Positions 50,106-64,000 of a stretch of DNA of 64,000 nucleotides are shown in pieces (within the stretch, counting starts at the first letter, position 1; each line of letters begins with the position of its first letter). Origin of the DNA: Anthoceros angustus. Lineage: Eukaryota; Plantae; Anthocerotophyta. The notes under the pieces are model-generated. The model saw only the letters and a list, made by a program, of their open reading frames with translations. It did no database searches and was not told where the DNA came from. The stretch is from positions 1,984,001 through 2,048,000 of the forward strand of contig MU008160.1 in assembly GCA_010909165.1 (NCBI GenBank), given 5' to 3'. The position numbers and the translations under genes are program-made.

Positions 50106-50450
50106 GTGGGCACGAACATGGATCACTGCGTGGGTGTCGGCTCTCCACCTCGCGGGCGATCCGGCATATCGATCCTGCACGGCGACGACCGCGACCTCGC
50201 CCTTTGGGTCCGTCGGCACGGCAACCTCATGGAGAACGCGCCGCTCACGCTGATCCTGATGGGCCTGTGCGAGGCGCGCGGCTCCCCGCCGGACTGCACG
50301 CCATGGGCGCCGTTCTGGCGCTGGCGCGGATCAGCCACCGTCGGGCTCGACGCGACCCGCGTGCTGTCGCCGCTGCGCATCCTCGGCGGCGCGGGGACTC
50401 AACTTTCGCTGATCGGCGCGGTCGTATACCTCCTTTGGTCGCTACGCTGA
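50106..50450 (+). pseudogene. Bacterial MAPEG-family membrane protein, 5'-truncated and frameshifted
   Basis: RGRSGISILHGDD..RRHGNLMENAPLTLILMGLCEARG, then LHAMGAVLALARI in a second frame, then PLRILGGAGT..LIGAVVYLLW*. Very GC-rich codons. Confidence 0.8.
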
Positions 50451-50540
50451 ATTTTCCCAAGGGGCGGCTGTCGATCGACGGCCGCCCCGTTCGTCATCGC
50501 CGGTTCCGACCGTCCGGACCTCGTCACGAAGGAGCATCCC

Positions 50541-50897
50541 TTGAGATACATGGCCTTGATCTATTCCGTTCCAGGCTCGTCGCCCGAATACGGCTCGCCT
50601 GAGTTCGGGCCGTTCATGGCGGCCTATCAGGCGGCCAACGAACGGTTCGCGCGGGACGGCGTCCTCGTCGCGGGCGACGCCCTGGAGGCCAGCTCCACGG
50701 CCACCACCGTCACCGTGCGCGACGGCCGCACTGAAACCCTGGACGGCCCCTTCGCCAGATCAAGGAACAGCTCGGCGGCTACTACATCTTCGAATGCGCC
50801 GACCTGGACGAGGCCATCCGCTACGCGGCGATGATCCCGACGGCCGCCTCCGGCGGTCGAGGTCCGGCCCATCCGGAACCTCTCGGCGCGCCCGTGA
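50541..50897 (+). pseudogene. yciI: Bacterial YciI/DGPF-family protein, two frameshifts
   Basis: Shine-Dalgarno AAGGAG (50529-50534) lies 6 nt before the start. Reads MRYMALIY..LVAGDAL..ATTVTVRDGRTETLDGPFA/KEQLGGYYIFECADLDEAIRYAAMIP../EVRPI. Confidence 0.9.
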
Positions 50898-51030
50898 GCG
50901 TGGGCGCGACGGCGGAAACCCCGGTCTCCGACGAGATCGACGCCCTCGTCCGCCAGGACGGCGGCCGCCTGCTGTCGCGCCTGATCGCCCATCTGCGCGA
51001 TTTCCAGCTGGCCGAGGACNCCCAGGCGAG
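50894..51030 (+). pseudogene. N-terminal fragment of a bacterial ECF sigma-70 factor (type usually paired with YciI/DGPF genes)
   Basis: The GTG start overlaps the YciI stop (GTGA, 50894-50897). Reads DEIDALVRQDGGRLLSRLIAHLRDFQLAED and breaks off at an N base (51020). Confidence 0.82.
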
Positions 51031-51676
51031 GACGCCGCGGGCCGGGCCGCCCTCCGCACGCCACCCGTAGGGGCCTCCCGAGAGTGAAGGCTTAGCGGCG
51101 TACCGCCGGCCGCCCCTTTCTTGAAAAGTATAGGATGTTTTTCACGACCATCTGATTGCATGCAAGAATTGAAGGATGGAGGTCTTGTCGAAACTTCCCG
51201 AGGAGTTTCGCCATTTCATATTTGAGATCAATAATTGGAAGGGCTTGGAGAATGAGCAGCGGGCTTTAGCAGACAAGGACTTGCAAGAGGGACTCCACGC
51301 TTTTCAACGCTCCATCGGTCGTGTCCGCACTGCATCAAGGACGTAATGTTCTTGACATGCGTGTTATCTGCGGGAAGGAGATACACTTTGCTTGTCATGG
51401 ACGCCCCGTGGCTTTGACATCGGTCCTATGGACAAGCGCATGGATTTTGGCCATGATATGCTGTAGTTTTGAAGAGAAGACCACCGAGGAGTTCAGCTTA
51501 TCGTCCTTGCATGGAGTTGAAGAAGCCCACATACCGTGGAGTCTATGCGGAAATTGTGTGGAAGGAGGCATGGTGTCCTTCATTGAAATTCAAAATGCTG
51601 ACAAGGTTAAGTTCTTGTACGATTGTTTTGCTGTCATATTTCATTTGGAGTTGGTCTGATTCTGTGCTTTTGGCAG

Positions 51677-52260
51677 ATTTCGAACCCATCTACTAAAGAT
51701 GCAAAAACAGCCACCAGTTTGAGCAACTTTACAGTTCCACATTTCAAAATTGATAATGCAGTGGCCCCTCAGTTGCAAGCTATTGTGCCAAGTGATTGTG
51801 ATGAGATGTCTGAAGTACAACAGGACAGAAATGTGGCCATATTATCTCTGGATGTGGTATTGCACAATGGGACTAGGAATGGAAATTCAAGCAGTTTTGA
51901 ACAGTGTCTTGCTCATATCTCCCAAGAACGGGAGTTGAAGTATGATAGACAGAAACAAGAAAGTGAGTTTCAACGGCAAAAAGATTTAGAGGCATTGATT
52001 GAAAGACAGAGGCAGAAAGCTGTTGAACTATGAGTGTCCAAGCAAAGAGAGAAAGTTCTTGAGATTCAGAGGCAAAAAAATATGGAAAGAAGACAAGAAC
52101 ACTTGAAGCATCAAGAAAAACTCAAACAGCAGCAGAAAGAGCAGCAAGAGATGAGAAGACTGCAGTGGCAAAGACAACAGAAGCAGAATGATAATGGGCC
52201 TCGAGAACTGCCCACTACCACCCACGAAAATCCGTTAGGATCAGTAAGTGATGGTATCAT
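51677..52260 (+). pseudogene. Exon-like coiled-coil (Q/E/K/R-rich) remnant of unknown origin
   Basis: Flanked by AG (ttttggcag) and GT (gtaagt) sites. One frame is open except for a TGA at 52031-52033 (ORFs 51623 and 52034 are in the same frame). Confidence 0.4.
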
Positions 52261-53221
52261 CCCTTAATTACTTTTAGTAGAGTGAAAACTAATGTTTGTG
52301 TTTTATTAGGTTGTGACCTTACAGGAAGATGATCAATTTCTTTGAAGCCCTCAACTTCGGCAACTTCTGTCCAACTATGATCATGTTGGACAAGTTGCGC
52401 CAATCAAACCAAGTGGACGTGAAAATTACATTTTTAATTTGTACAATTGTACAGTCAATTTTCCAAAATAAGGTGAGTGTCATTGCTTAAGTATCTTTAG
52501 TTATTTCCGAATATTTTTAGTGTGTCCCCTAGTTATATGCCTAATTTACATTTTCTATGTAGGTTTTAGTGTGGAAGTAGCGAGGATCAATTTATTCTGG
52601 TATTTACTCTGCATTATCTTAATTTGTATTTCATGCCATTTTGGATATAGAGGATACTCTGCAAAGAAAAGGTTTCTTTGTCGTTTTTTTGTATATCCTG
52701 GATCCGCATGAACATTATTTAACATAATATATTTTACTGCCAAATTTAGCGATTTTGGAGGGATTTCTAGAATGAGCTTCTATCTAGATGTACCTGGTAT
52801 CTACCTCCTCCTCCCCGAAAAAAAATCAAGCGAGCGCGTCGAGGCCCCAGATGAGGCCGCGACTTTACGTATGCAAAGTCTGTCAAGGACATTTGAGCAG
52901 ATGCAGTAGCGGTGACCTTCATAAGGTCTTGGGAATTGGCACAAGGGGTTTCACCTCGGAAGCATGCCAAGCTACGACAAAACATGGCTCGGTACTATTG
53001 GAAGGAGGACATAATGTATGTCCGTGATTCTTTGGGAGATAGAATCGTACCCAAACCGGAGGACCGGGTGAGACTCATCACCCAGGTGTATGAAGGCTTA
53101 GGGGATTTTGGTGCCAAGCGCACCTATAGCATGCTCTGGCCCACACACTTATGGGCAAGGATGTATGGAGATGTGGAGAGGTTGGTCACAAAATGTATAG
53201 TGTGCGATCGAGTGAAGGCAA

Positions 53222-56200
53222 CACTACTAGGAAACGGGCCCTTTTACTACTGGCAGATTTGTAGAGAGAAGAGAGAGTCCGGGGTCCATTCGTTTTACTA
53301 CAAATGTTTAGGGACCACGGACTATTTTTTAGTATAGCCCATGCCTTTACAACATGACCTACAGGATTTTACTACGAGCCGTATTCCGAAGCGGGGGTTT
53401 CTGATGATGTGGCACACACCTTGGGCGTTTACTACGGGGCATGGCGAGAGTTACTACAGTCCTGTAATTACATAGGGGTTTATAACAACGATGTGTGACA
53501 ATACAACGCTGGTTGGTGGCTTTACAACGATACCCATTACAACTCATTTGATCATATTACAATGGAGCCGGGTTTACTACGACACGTGCTGGTTTACAAT
53601 GGTAGGTTTAACAACGAGAGAATACGGACATTACAACAAGAACGGGTTTACAATGCGAGCCCACTGTTTACAACACCGTAGTTTATAGGGACAACGACTT
53701 TACAACGATTCGCGAGACTTAACAATCTGACCATGATGTATTTACAGGCATATTCACTGGGGTTAGGTTTAGATGTCGCCAATTCATATTGGAGGGTTTC
53801 AGGGCAAGGGTTTCCACAATAGGGCAGTTTAATGACAAAATATATGTAGGGGGCACATTTTAACCTCCGGCTCATACACGCCAACATACGGCTCATGTTC
53901 AACCATTAAAAAACAAAACATGGCATCATACCACATGCAAACCCCTACCCTAGACCCGTTGTCTATGTCCATGGGCACATACGGCACTAATGCTCTACAC
54001 GAATCCGAAGGCGGTGCGGTCCTCGCTATGGGCGTGTGAATGCCATCGTCCTTCACACGCCTATCCTGCCTCTTCGATGCCCAAGGCTTTTCCAGCCGCC
54101 AGAGAAGCTGGTAGGCCTTGAAATCCACCACCTCCCATGGGCCAGCCTCACCCTCCGACACACTTGTCCGCCTTTCAAACATCTCCACCTCCGTCTTCAC
54201 ACGCTCAAGCTTATCGCGGTGCTTGTGGATCAAAGCCATCAGGCGCCAGAGAAAGGGGTGCGAGAGGGAGCCCGGCCTATCGATGAGGGCTGTAAATTCA
54301 TGCTGGTCGTTCTCGTAATGTGGAGGGTATCCAGGGATGTTGGCCCCAATTACGTGAGCCATGGTCCTCCTGTTAATCGCAACCCGACCCTACACATTAC
54401 ATGCCAAAACGAATATAAGCTGTGGTGGCCGCAACAAGTGACAACAAAGTGGCAACAAGCAAACTCCCAAACTCAGACCTGGGCAGCCAATTGGGAGCAC
54501 AGTGCCCGAGAAGACGTGCCCCAAATTCCACACCTGCCGTGAACTCAAATCGCAAGAGAGACAAAGGAATGCTTGGAAAAGAGGGGGTCGATGCATCCTT
54601 CTTATGGGAAACGGTTTACCATTGGGATAGTGCCACGTGTCCGAGAACTCCAAGCGTGACAACAAGTTCCGGCCATGGCGTGCTCAAAGTCATGTGCAAT
54701 TGGAACAGAAGGCATCGCGCATGCAAGAGGACGCACTCGAGTGGTCAAGCGGTGTGTTGTGTGGTCAAAGAAAATCCCAAGGAGTGGATATACCCGGTCA
54801 GGATACGGAGATTCCGTGGCCTTTGGGATCGTGTTGAAAAGCCTTGCCTTCGGAATGAGGTTCTCCTTGGGTCTCGGCGGCCTTTTAGGGTTTACAGTAA
54901 CTAGGCTTAAAGTTGAAGAGTTTAGGGTTCAAACCCCATGGTTTCCTTGGACTTCGTAACCACCAGTTTGTTTAACCCTAACGCTAGTTACCATAACCCA
55001 AGGACAAATAATTGTATTAATAGATAATATAGCCCCATATTATTAATGGATAATAAGATTTTTTCCAACGCGACCCCATTATGGTTTAGAGTTCAAACCC
55101 CGTGGTTTCCTTGGACTTCGGAACCACCGGTTTGAACTAACTCTAACGCTAGTTACCAAAACCCAAGGACAAATACGTGTATTAATAGGTAATATACCAG
55201 CATGTTATTAATGGATATTAGAAGTGGATTTCCGAGACCCCATTAGGGTTAGCATGTAACCGTGTTAGTTTGGATTCACTCCCGCCAGAATCACGCCAGA
55301 GATCACAAGGAGTTTACGTTCAAAACCATGAGCTAGGCTTTGCCACCTTCTTACGCGCTCTCGATTTCCACCGGACTTTACAACTTGAGGGAGCAAGGCC
55401 AGCAGGGAAGACACATCAGTGCGTAGCTTGGCAGACGTGGTGGGAGCCTAGGTTAGGGCAAGGTATGTTCATCTCCATGTGTTTCCATTCCATCACTCTA
55501 CGACTGCAGCTTGTGCATGTTGTGCTTCCATAGCTCCTGTTAATCGCAACCAACGATGTGTCCAGATGCCTAAGCTGAAGAAAATAGAGTTGAGGGCTGA
55601 GACGGACTTGGAGACACGTCGTGTGGCGACCGCTGCATTCGTCGCTGGAGATGCTGCAGTTGAAGCCACAGTTGAAGGACACTCTAGGCTGGACACAAAG
55701 TTGGTTGGGCTTGACAGGAACATGGCGGTGGCTGCAAAGATTCTGGGTGACGCGCCTCAGTTGCTTGAAAGGGAAGTGGCGCACCGTAAAAAAAACAAAG
55801 ATCAAGTCTGCGCTCGAGGAGGACATGGAGGATGGCTTCGAGTTTTCTAGCACACTTCCGGTTTCAGGGCGTGGTAGAGGACGACACGGATGCGGCAGGG
55901 CAGCTTCACATCAAAAGCACGGGTATGCATGCTGGTGGGGCTTGGAGCGGATGGCGTTGGAAGGGGAGCGGACGTTCGTAAGTGCTCAACAAAGCGAGGT
56001 AGGCAGGCATCGCAACCTTAGCCCCCAGCTTTTCCGAAAACGCGCGCTGCAAAAACGAGGGCTCGAGAACAAGCTGGGGTTTCATTTACAGGTGAGGAAT
56101 CGGAGGTACAGCCAGTTTTCATGGACTCATCCTCAGACAGATTTCAGCTCCAGGGTTTTGGCACAGCGGATGAACTTTTGAAGGAGGCTGCTATGGAAGA

Positions 56201-58606
56201 CATCCCAAGGGGTTGTTTAAACGCGGGTTAGGCCACATGCCATCTCGGGTGTTTGCAGCTGCAGGGGCCATTTCGGATGTAGGGGGAACCCAAATTTGCC
56301 CCCTGCTTGAAGGGGTAACCCTTGCAGGAAATCATAGTCAATTAGTTGCAGGTGTTGAGAGCCCTGTCTCCAACCCTCAGGCTCCTAATGTTGTTCAATC
56401 ATTTACCAGTGTGCCTGATAGCCAGGGGAACGCTGTTGACATTTTAGATCTTGACAATGCTGCTGACAAGGAGGAGGAAGATCGTGTCAATGCTGGTAAC
56501 AAGGAGGAGGACGATGCAGGTTGTGCCAAGTCCAGCCCGCAGACGGCTTCAAGAAGTCCCTTGCCAACAGTGGTGAAGGGTACTGCTAACAAACGGGTGG
56601 TTGCAAATGATGTAAACCCTGTTGGTATCCCATCTCTCGGTCTACCGGATGGTGATTTCTCAGAACCTCAACCTGAGCCTATTTCTCCTCATGTTGAGGA
56701 GTCCCCAAGAGAAATTCCAGAAAATTGTTTGGACTTGGATATGAAGGGCCCAAGGGGCCCTCAAAGGAAGCGAGACTGGGATCTTGAACATGAGGTCCTG
56801 GATAGCCATCTGCATGAATTTGGTGAGTTCCATCAGGCCAGTTGAAATCATGATTGCGTTATTTATGATGGGCTGATTTGTTCAGTCCTGTGGTGTTTTA
56901 TTGTAGGATTCATCTTGAGAGACTCTCCATCATTCTTTCCCATGAAAGATAGAGCCTACTATGTGCTGAAGGCATTTTGCAATCTTTTAATCCATCCTTT
57001 TTGGGAGCAAAATGTTGCCACCTTGCAGCTTGTGGAATCAAGCATCCGGAAGACTATTTCAGGTCCTTGGACGTTTCATGGTGTTGTTCAACAGTTTTTA
57101 AGTCCTAACTTACGATTTTGGAGGAATAATGTAAGGAAGGAGGCTCGGCACTATTTGAAGGGTGAGAAGAAGTTCAAGACATACTTGCCAAAGAGCTTGA
57201 AGAGGGAATATTGGGAAGTATTCTTGAAAGAGGAACAGGCGAAGATTGACGGGTTTGTCAAACCCAGCCAACAGAAACTTGCTGCTCTGAAGAGGAGCAC
57301 AAAGGTTGCTAGCAAGCCTTATAGCCACTATGGATTTGGAGGTCAACGATAGTTTGTGGACAGGTTCAAGGGTAGGTTTGGTAGGGACCCATCGTTGGAG
57401 GAGATCAGTGCTGTTGGGTCTAAGCCAGGACACTGGCTGAAGAAGCTACATGCATTTTGGAAGGCTAGCCAAACTGCAAGTCCTCCATTGGGGACTCAGA
57501 AGGATGTAGTAGGGAAGCTGGACAAGGCTGTGAATGTATGGAATCTTTTACATGAAGTAGAGTATGAGAGTGATGAAAAAGTCATGGAGGCAATTCTTCA
57601 GAAGAATGTTTTGGATGAAGGCTTCATGGTGTAGCATTTGCTTCCTCGAGCAGTGGCAAAGAAAGCAAAGAAATCCACGGTGAGAGTTTACACTCAGTAC
57701 CTTATCCTTGTTCGTTGTGATTTACTAGTGCTCTGGTTAAGGTGGAAATTGTGTGACGCTTTGCTGGGGGACACTTTCTATTTTGCAGAGTTGGCTAAAC
57801 TTGTGAACTGAGCATGCTCGAGACTGGAGGGTGGAGTGGAGAAATTTCCTTTGTTAGGTCTGTGGGAAGAAAGTGATTAGGCTGCCTGTATTGCATTTGT
57901 AGAGTTTCAGTTCAAACTAAACCAAATGACATTACTGCGGGCCCCTGGACTATTGTGTTTTGTTTTACTACGCCACTGAACTTTATAGCGAAATAAAACT
58001 TTACTACAAGCCAAGATTACAATGTATCAAACGTGCCCCTTGCTCAAAAACGGCCTACTGCTTTTACAATGTATCAAACGTGCTTCACTGCTCAAAACGG
58101 GCCTACTCTTTTACAAATTGAACTTTACAACGAAGGTGCACATTACAACGGAAGTGACCTTTACAATGGAGATGTACATTACAACGGATAATGTTGTAAA
58201 GAGTTTTACAACGCCAAGAGGGTTAGTTAACTGGGTTATCTAACTAAGGTTATATTGTATGAATCGAACCTTGGTTAGCCAACTTCGCTTAACAAGACTA
58301 GAGTAAACTAACCATGGTTGGAGTAACCCTAGTATTTAAACTGCGAAAAGTACTGTAGTAAAACGCTTTGTACAGTAAATATAGTAGAAGATGTTGTAAA
58401 GGCTAACCGGAGTATTGTGTACTAGGTTTAGGTACACCATACACATGTGCCCATACCGTATACGAATACACCGTATATGGCAGGAAGCCTTTTACTATGG
58501 ACACAAACACAGTGTGCTTACTACGAGTGTTTTACTACAACCTTAGTAAAGTCATAGTAAAATCCGTAGTAATGTCCGTAGTAAAAGGGCCCGTTTCCTA
58601 GTAGTG
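53222..58606. mobile_element. Non-autonomous CACTA (En/Spm) DNA transposon, 5385 bp
   Basis: Perfect 29-bp TIRs cactactaggaaacgggcccttttactac / gtagtaaaagggcccgtttcctagtagtg, 3-bp TSD CAA, dense subterminal TTTACAAC/TTACTAC repeats at both ends. No Tnp2 transposase motifs seen. Confidence 0.95.
55479..57634 (+). pseudogene. Degenerate multi-exon ORF inside the CACTA element, possibly TnpA-like
   Basis: Fragments at 55479, 56213, 56915 and 57356 (the last two in one frame, separated by a stop): FWRNNVRKEARH..KPYSHYGFGG..FKGRFGRDPSLEE. The TnpA assignment is positional inference. Confidence 0.45.
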
Positions 58607-60284
58607 CAAGGTTCACAGCCAATGATGTTGTGCTTCACTTTCTACCAATTTAAGGACTCTTCTATAGGTGGAGTGTAGATCTCATGCCAGACATGCCGGA
58701 GATGTGTACTAAAAGCATGTTATGCTAATGGTGGAGCATTTCAGTAAGTTGTGCGAGGTTGCCATCTTACCCAAGTGTGACTCTCAGCTTACCCAGTAAG
58801 ACATTCTTGACTTCCATCCTTAGTCGGTATGGAGCATGTGCATAGGTTCTCACTGACCAGGGCAAAGAATTCCGTGGGGAATTCCAAGACTTGCTTGACA
58901 AGAGCTTGATTGATCATCTACGGACATCGAGAGATCATCCTCAAGCTTATGGACTTGCTAAACGCTTGGTGCAGACCTTCAAGTGAGCCTTGAGGAAGTA
59001 TTGTCTCACGAATGACCCGAAGACATGGGACGAAGGAATGTCATACCTAGTCCAGGCTACAAGATGAGCAATCAAGTAGCCTTGAGCAACTATTCGCCAT
59101 ACTACTTATTGTATGGGCGACAACCATTTTTGCCAAACATGAAGCAAGCAATGCTACAAGCACCAATGGATTGGCGCAATTAGGATGACTGCCTACGAGA
59201 CCTGGAAAGGCGGGCAGAGCTTTTCAGATGGACCATGCCCATGGTAATGGAGAACCTTGCCATGGCACAGCACAGGGATCAATTGCGCTATGCTTACATA
59301 AGAAGAGGGACATGGAAACCCAGGTGCACAAGTTCGAAGTTGAAGACTATACCACCGCCCGGGCTAACACCCTTGAGGTATCCACCACATACATCTTGCT
59401 TACAGCGAGTAAGAAAAGATGGAGTGCTTAAGCTTGAAGGATCCGATGGTCAAAGATGGAAGGATCATCACAGGAACTGTGCACCATGCCATGTACCCAA
59501 TTTGGACCCTCAACTACGGCCTACAATATGGCGTCCACCCAAAGACTTGGAGTGTCACTGGCCCCATGGTTAAATTTTCTTATTCAAGATGGCAAGATAA
59601 TTCATCAAACAATACAAAACGATTCAATGGGCATCCTCTTGGTCAATTTTGGCAAGATGTACATAAGTACATGCAACTTTCTGTTTGAACTGGAATGGGT
59701 GAATTAGAGTGAATTTACAAGTTATTTTGTATCACTTATATCTTAAAAAGTAAGTTTATAGTGAATTTTTCAAGTGATTGTAAATTACTTATAACTCAAA
59801 AAGTAATTCTAGAGTTTTGAGTTGAGACAATTCAATTCAATAAAAGTGGTCTCACACACACAACTCCCTATATGAAGTCTAGTGTGCCTTAACTTAGGGA
59901 CGGCACCATGGGACACAACCATTACATCTTCCTACTCCGTAATATTTATTTGTTATGTCATGTTTAAATTTTGATGGGTTCCGTGGTTGGTTAGAGTTGA
60001 GTTGGTAGACAAGGTTAGTGTTGGTTTGAAATGAGGCATTGACAAAGTTGCGGTTTACTTGGTGGAGCTTGCATTCATGCTGTTTGACACTCCCACTTTG
60101 ATAGAAGAGGCAAATTGCCGGCGTTTGCAAATGTATAGCCATAAAAGGGGGGCTAGGATCCTAGAAAATGACGTGCTCCCTTGACAGAAGAAGCACACTG
60201 GACCGATGAGTCGAACAGCAAACCATTGCAGCCATCTTATGAGGTGAGCAGCCAGCAAGAGGAAGGTGTCGCACGAGATAAACA

Positions 60285-60845
60285 CTTGTATTCATATGAG
60301 CACTTTCTCAACAGGCAACCAAGCAAAACAAATCTAATTCGCAAGTATAGGTGCAAACCAATAATAATAGGAGAGAGTAGCTCGCACATCGTGGCATAAA
60401 CACACTCTCCCCACTAGAACAACATGCAAATTTTTCACACATCGCTCTCGGAGTCATAGCTTTGGCCTCCTCACAACACTCTTGCATTGCATATCTAGAG
60501 GACAAGCTATAATCTAAGCTTGTCCTCTGTGAAAGGGTCTATATATACTAGCCCTTGGCATCAGCATAGCATCGGCATATTCCTAAGAAATCCTATTGGC
60601 ATTAGCATATGCCAAAAATATCACAAGAATACACTATAATATGCAAGGAAGATGCTAAAGCATATTACTTGTGCTTATCCTCTTAGATATTGCTTACCAT
60701 GTTTAATTAACACTAATCAATACTTAATTGACATTAGTGCTTTAGATAAATTAGTTACTTAAAGATAAAAATAAGTAATTAGATTAATTAATGCTAATAA
60801 AAAAACTAAACTCAAGTGCAAAGATTAGTGTCACATGGCATGACA
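60285..60845 (+). repeat. Dispersed LTR-like repeat, copy 2 (may extend left to TGTCATG at 59956)
   Basis: Colinear with 42440-43035 and ends CATGACA. A candidate TG start at 59956 is the inverted match. No TSD found. Confidence 0.75.
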
Positions 60846-61936
60846 AAAGCCGCAAGGAGCATATACTTGAGACTATTGAACATTCTGGATTAACATTCAA
60901 TAGTTGTGGGTCCCATCCATAGTTACGACGATTTTGTATTTATGAAAAACTCATACGTTTTTTTCATCGTGAATAACTTGTATGTTTCCTACAACATACA
61001 AAAGGCTTTGGGTTTCTTTGCGCGTACATCCTAGCGGCATAATAAGTTGCAAATTAGACCCATTCCGTAATTTCTTTACATTTTCCGTTCAACATCACAT
61101 TTTGTGTACTCTTGATCTTACTCACTTCGTTACTCATTATTGTCGGGCACTCTCGTTTTCGCGCACTCCCTTTCCCGCCCACTCTCATTCTGCAAGTTCG
61201 CAATATCAGGCCCATTTCGCAAGTTCGCAATATCATACCCTTGAAGGATACAGATGAGGAGGAGGCGGAGCAACAACTTGGTTCTTCTTTCACAGAGCAT
61301 GATGACGATTTGGCTATGGCTTACAGAATGATGTCTTCGACCGTGGTGTTATTCTCATTTGGAATTTTGAGTAGGAATAGGGTTTCCTTGTTATATCAAG
61401 TACAATTATTGATGACTAAATTTGAGTATTTTATTTACTTATTTCATGGGATCCGTTATGTCATTTCACATATGTAAACGTATCTAAAATAAATATACGT
61501 AATAAAAATATCGTAAAATTCTATGAACGTTCTACATTTTGTATATACCACGTAACTATGGTGCCACCCGAACAACAAGAAATACAGTGATAAAACAGCC
61601 AATGCAGCCTTCTTGCTTACTCAGCATCCAAGTACATAATTGTATTATACGGCCTCGTCAATTCTAAACCTATTCTATAATGTTACTCTAAAACTACTCT
61701 GTACGTACATATTTTTACCATTTTGAGGCCCTACAAATTACCTACGGGTGACGCGTCGCCCGCCGGTAGATGCAGGAGGGTAGGTAACGCAAGGAAATCT
61801 CTCGACCTAGTTCAAAATAAATAGCGAGTGAGGCATAAAAGCCCCGGGGCTCAGTGGCGGTGTAGTTTTCCGCTTCTTGTCCTTCGCGCTTGCTCTTGCT
61901 AGTCGCTCGCCCTCGTCTCTCTTCCGCTCGCTCACC

Positions 61937-63224
<1,288 letters not shown>

Positions 63225-64000
63225 GCGCCTCGGTTCCTTGCGGCCACGTACCTCCGAGTGTCATTGTGCGTCGGTGGTCTATATGTAGGGAGCCCCTGAT
63301 TGGTGCCGTAAGGAGTTGGACCTTGAGCTTTATGTGTAATACAGTGGTCGGTCCTAGCCTCGGCTCCTTGCTTGAGCTGTTTGCTGTTTCCCTCGACCCT
63401 ATTGCTACCTACCCTGGTACACATCTCTGCGATCCCGTCCGGATCACCGGGATATTTCTGTTGGTTGGGTTGAATCATTCTAATTAATACAACTATGAAC
63501 GGTTCGGAATTAAGATCCAGTGCTTTTGTGTTGGCAGGTACCTACACCCTAAGAAATTGGACGTGCAGGATAATAATTGTACGGTTTTTTTGGTCGAATA
63601 GACTAGGTGTCGGCTCGATTCTGCAATAGTGCATTATAATAAATTTCTTTGTCTGCTTCTACCAATGGGAATTTGGGGCATAGATTTGTTAGGGTTAGGG
63701 CCCTTTCCCATGAGCATGTAGAGTAAGATCGGCGATTCCGGAAGTTTGTTGGGGTTATCTTGGGTTTGAATGTGGAATAAGATAGGCAATTATGGAGGTT
63801 TGTTGGGGCATCTTGGATATGTATGTAGAGTAAGATAGGCGATTCCGAATAGGGTGGTTCTTCTTCTTCTTGCACCGGACATTCGTTTCCGGATGGATTA
63901 ACCGGATGCTTCTCATATTTTACCAAGATTCTTAAGCGTTTAGACCCTTTCAAAGGCTTTGCAGTTGATGTAACTAAGTGGTGTGGAATGCAAAAGTTTG

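Larger units (their letters stand above)
52880..59573 (+). pseudogene. Gypsy integrase remnant split by the CACTA insertion (52880-53221 plus 58607-59573)
   Basis: HHCC region (GDFGAKRTY..W..MYGDV..CIVCDRVKA) continues after 58606. The core (SRYGACA*VLTDQGKEF..TSRDHPQAYGLAKR) and C-terminus (AQHRDQLRYA..NCAPCHVPNLDP) follow. Confidence 0.88.

Noticed and set aside
63603-63953. 116-aa minus-strand ORF at the window edge
   Set aside because: No recognisable motif. It may be part of a gene or TE continuing outside the window and cannot be supported here.

Overview
Eukaryotic, land-plant-type genomic DNA. Gene content and retroelement style suggest a non-seed plant (bryophyte/lycophyte grade), but that is inference. 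Gene-bearing blocks alternate with dense, nested transposon blocks. 1-9 kb: degenerate Ty3/Gypsy element with a multimerised gag-protease region and its 3' LTR. 10-24 kb gene island: bulb-type lectin, RPL26 pseudogene, intact 6-exon GINS PSF1, a small membrane-protein gene, an intact 9-exon signal peptide/VWA/Cache-like/TM gene resembling a half-size calcium-channel alpha2-delta subunit, and two tandem GT47 xyloglucan galactosyltransferase-like genes (the second broken and hit by a hAT MITE). 25-45 kb: PIF/Harbinger pair followed by a nested stack (Gypsy LTR > complete Copia with 162-bp LTRs and TSD > solo LTR with TSD) and more Gypsy remnants with extra ORFs. 46 kb: two-exon small secreted protein with a C-terminal DY motif, a candidate peptide-hormone precursor. 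50.1-51.0 kb: ~0.95-kb bacterial operon fragment (MAPEG, YciI/DGPF, ECF sigma), either HGT or an assembly chimera. 53-59 kb: non-autonomous CACTA element inserted in a Gypsy integrase. 62-63 kb: intact two-LIM-domain gene. Many repeat regions carry small indels that may partly be uncorrected long-read errors. All calls are by eye; no searches were run.
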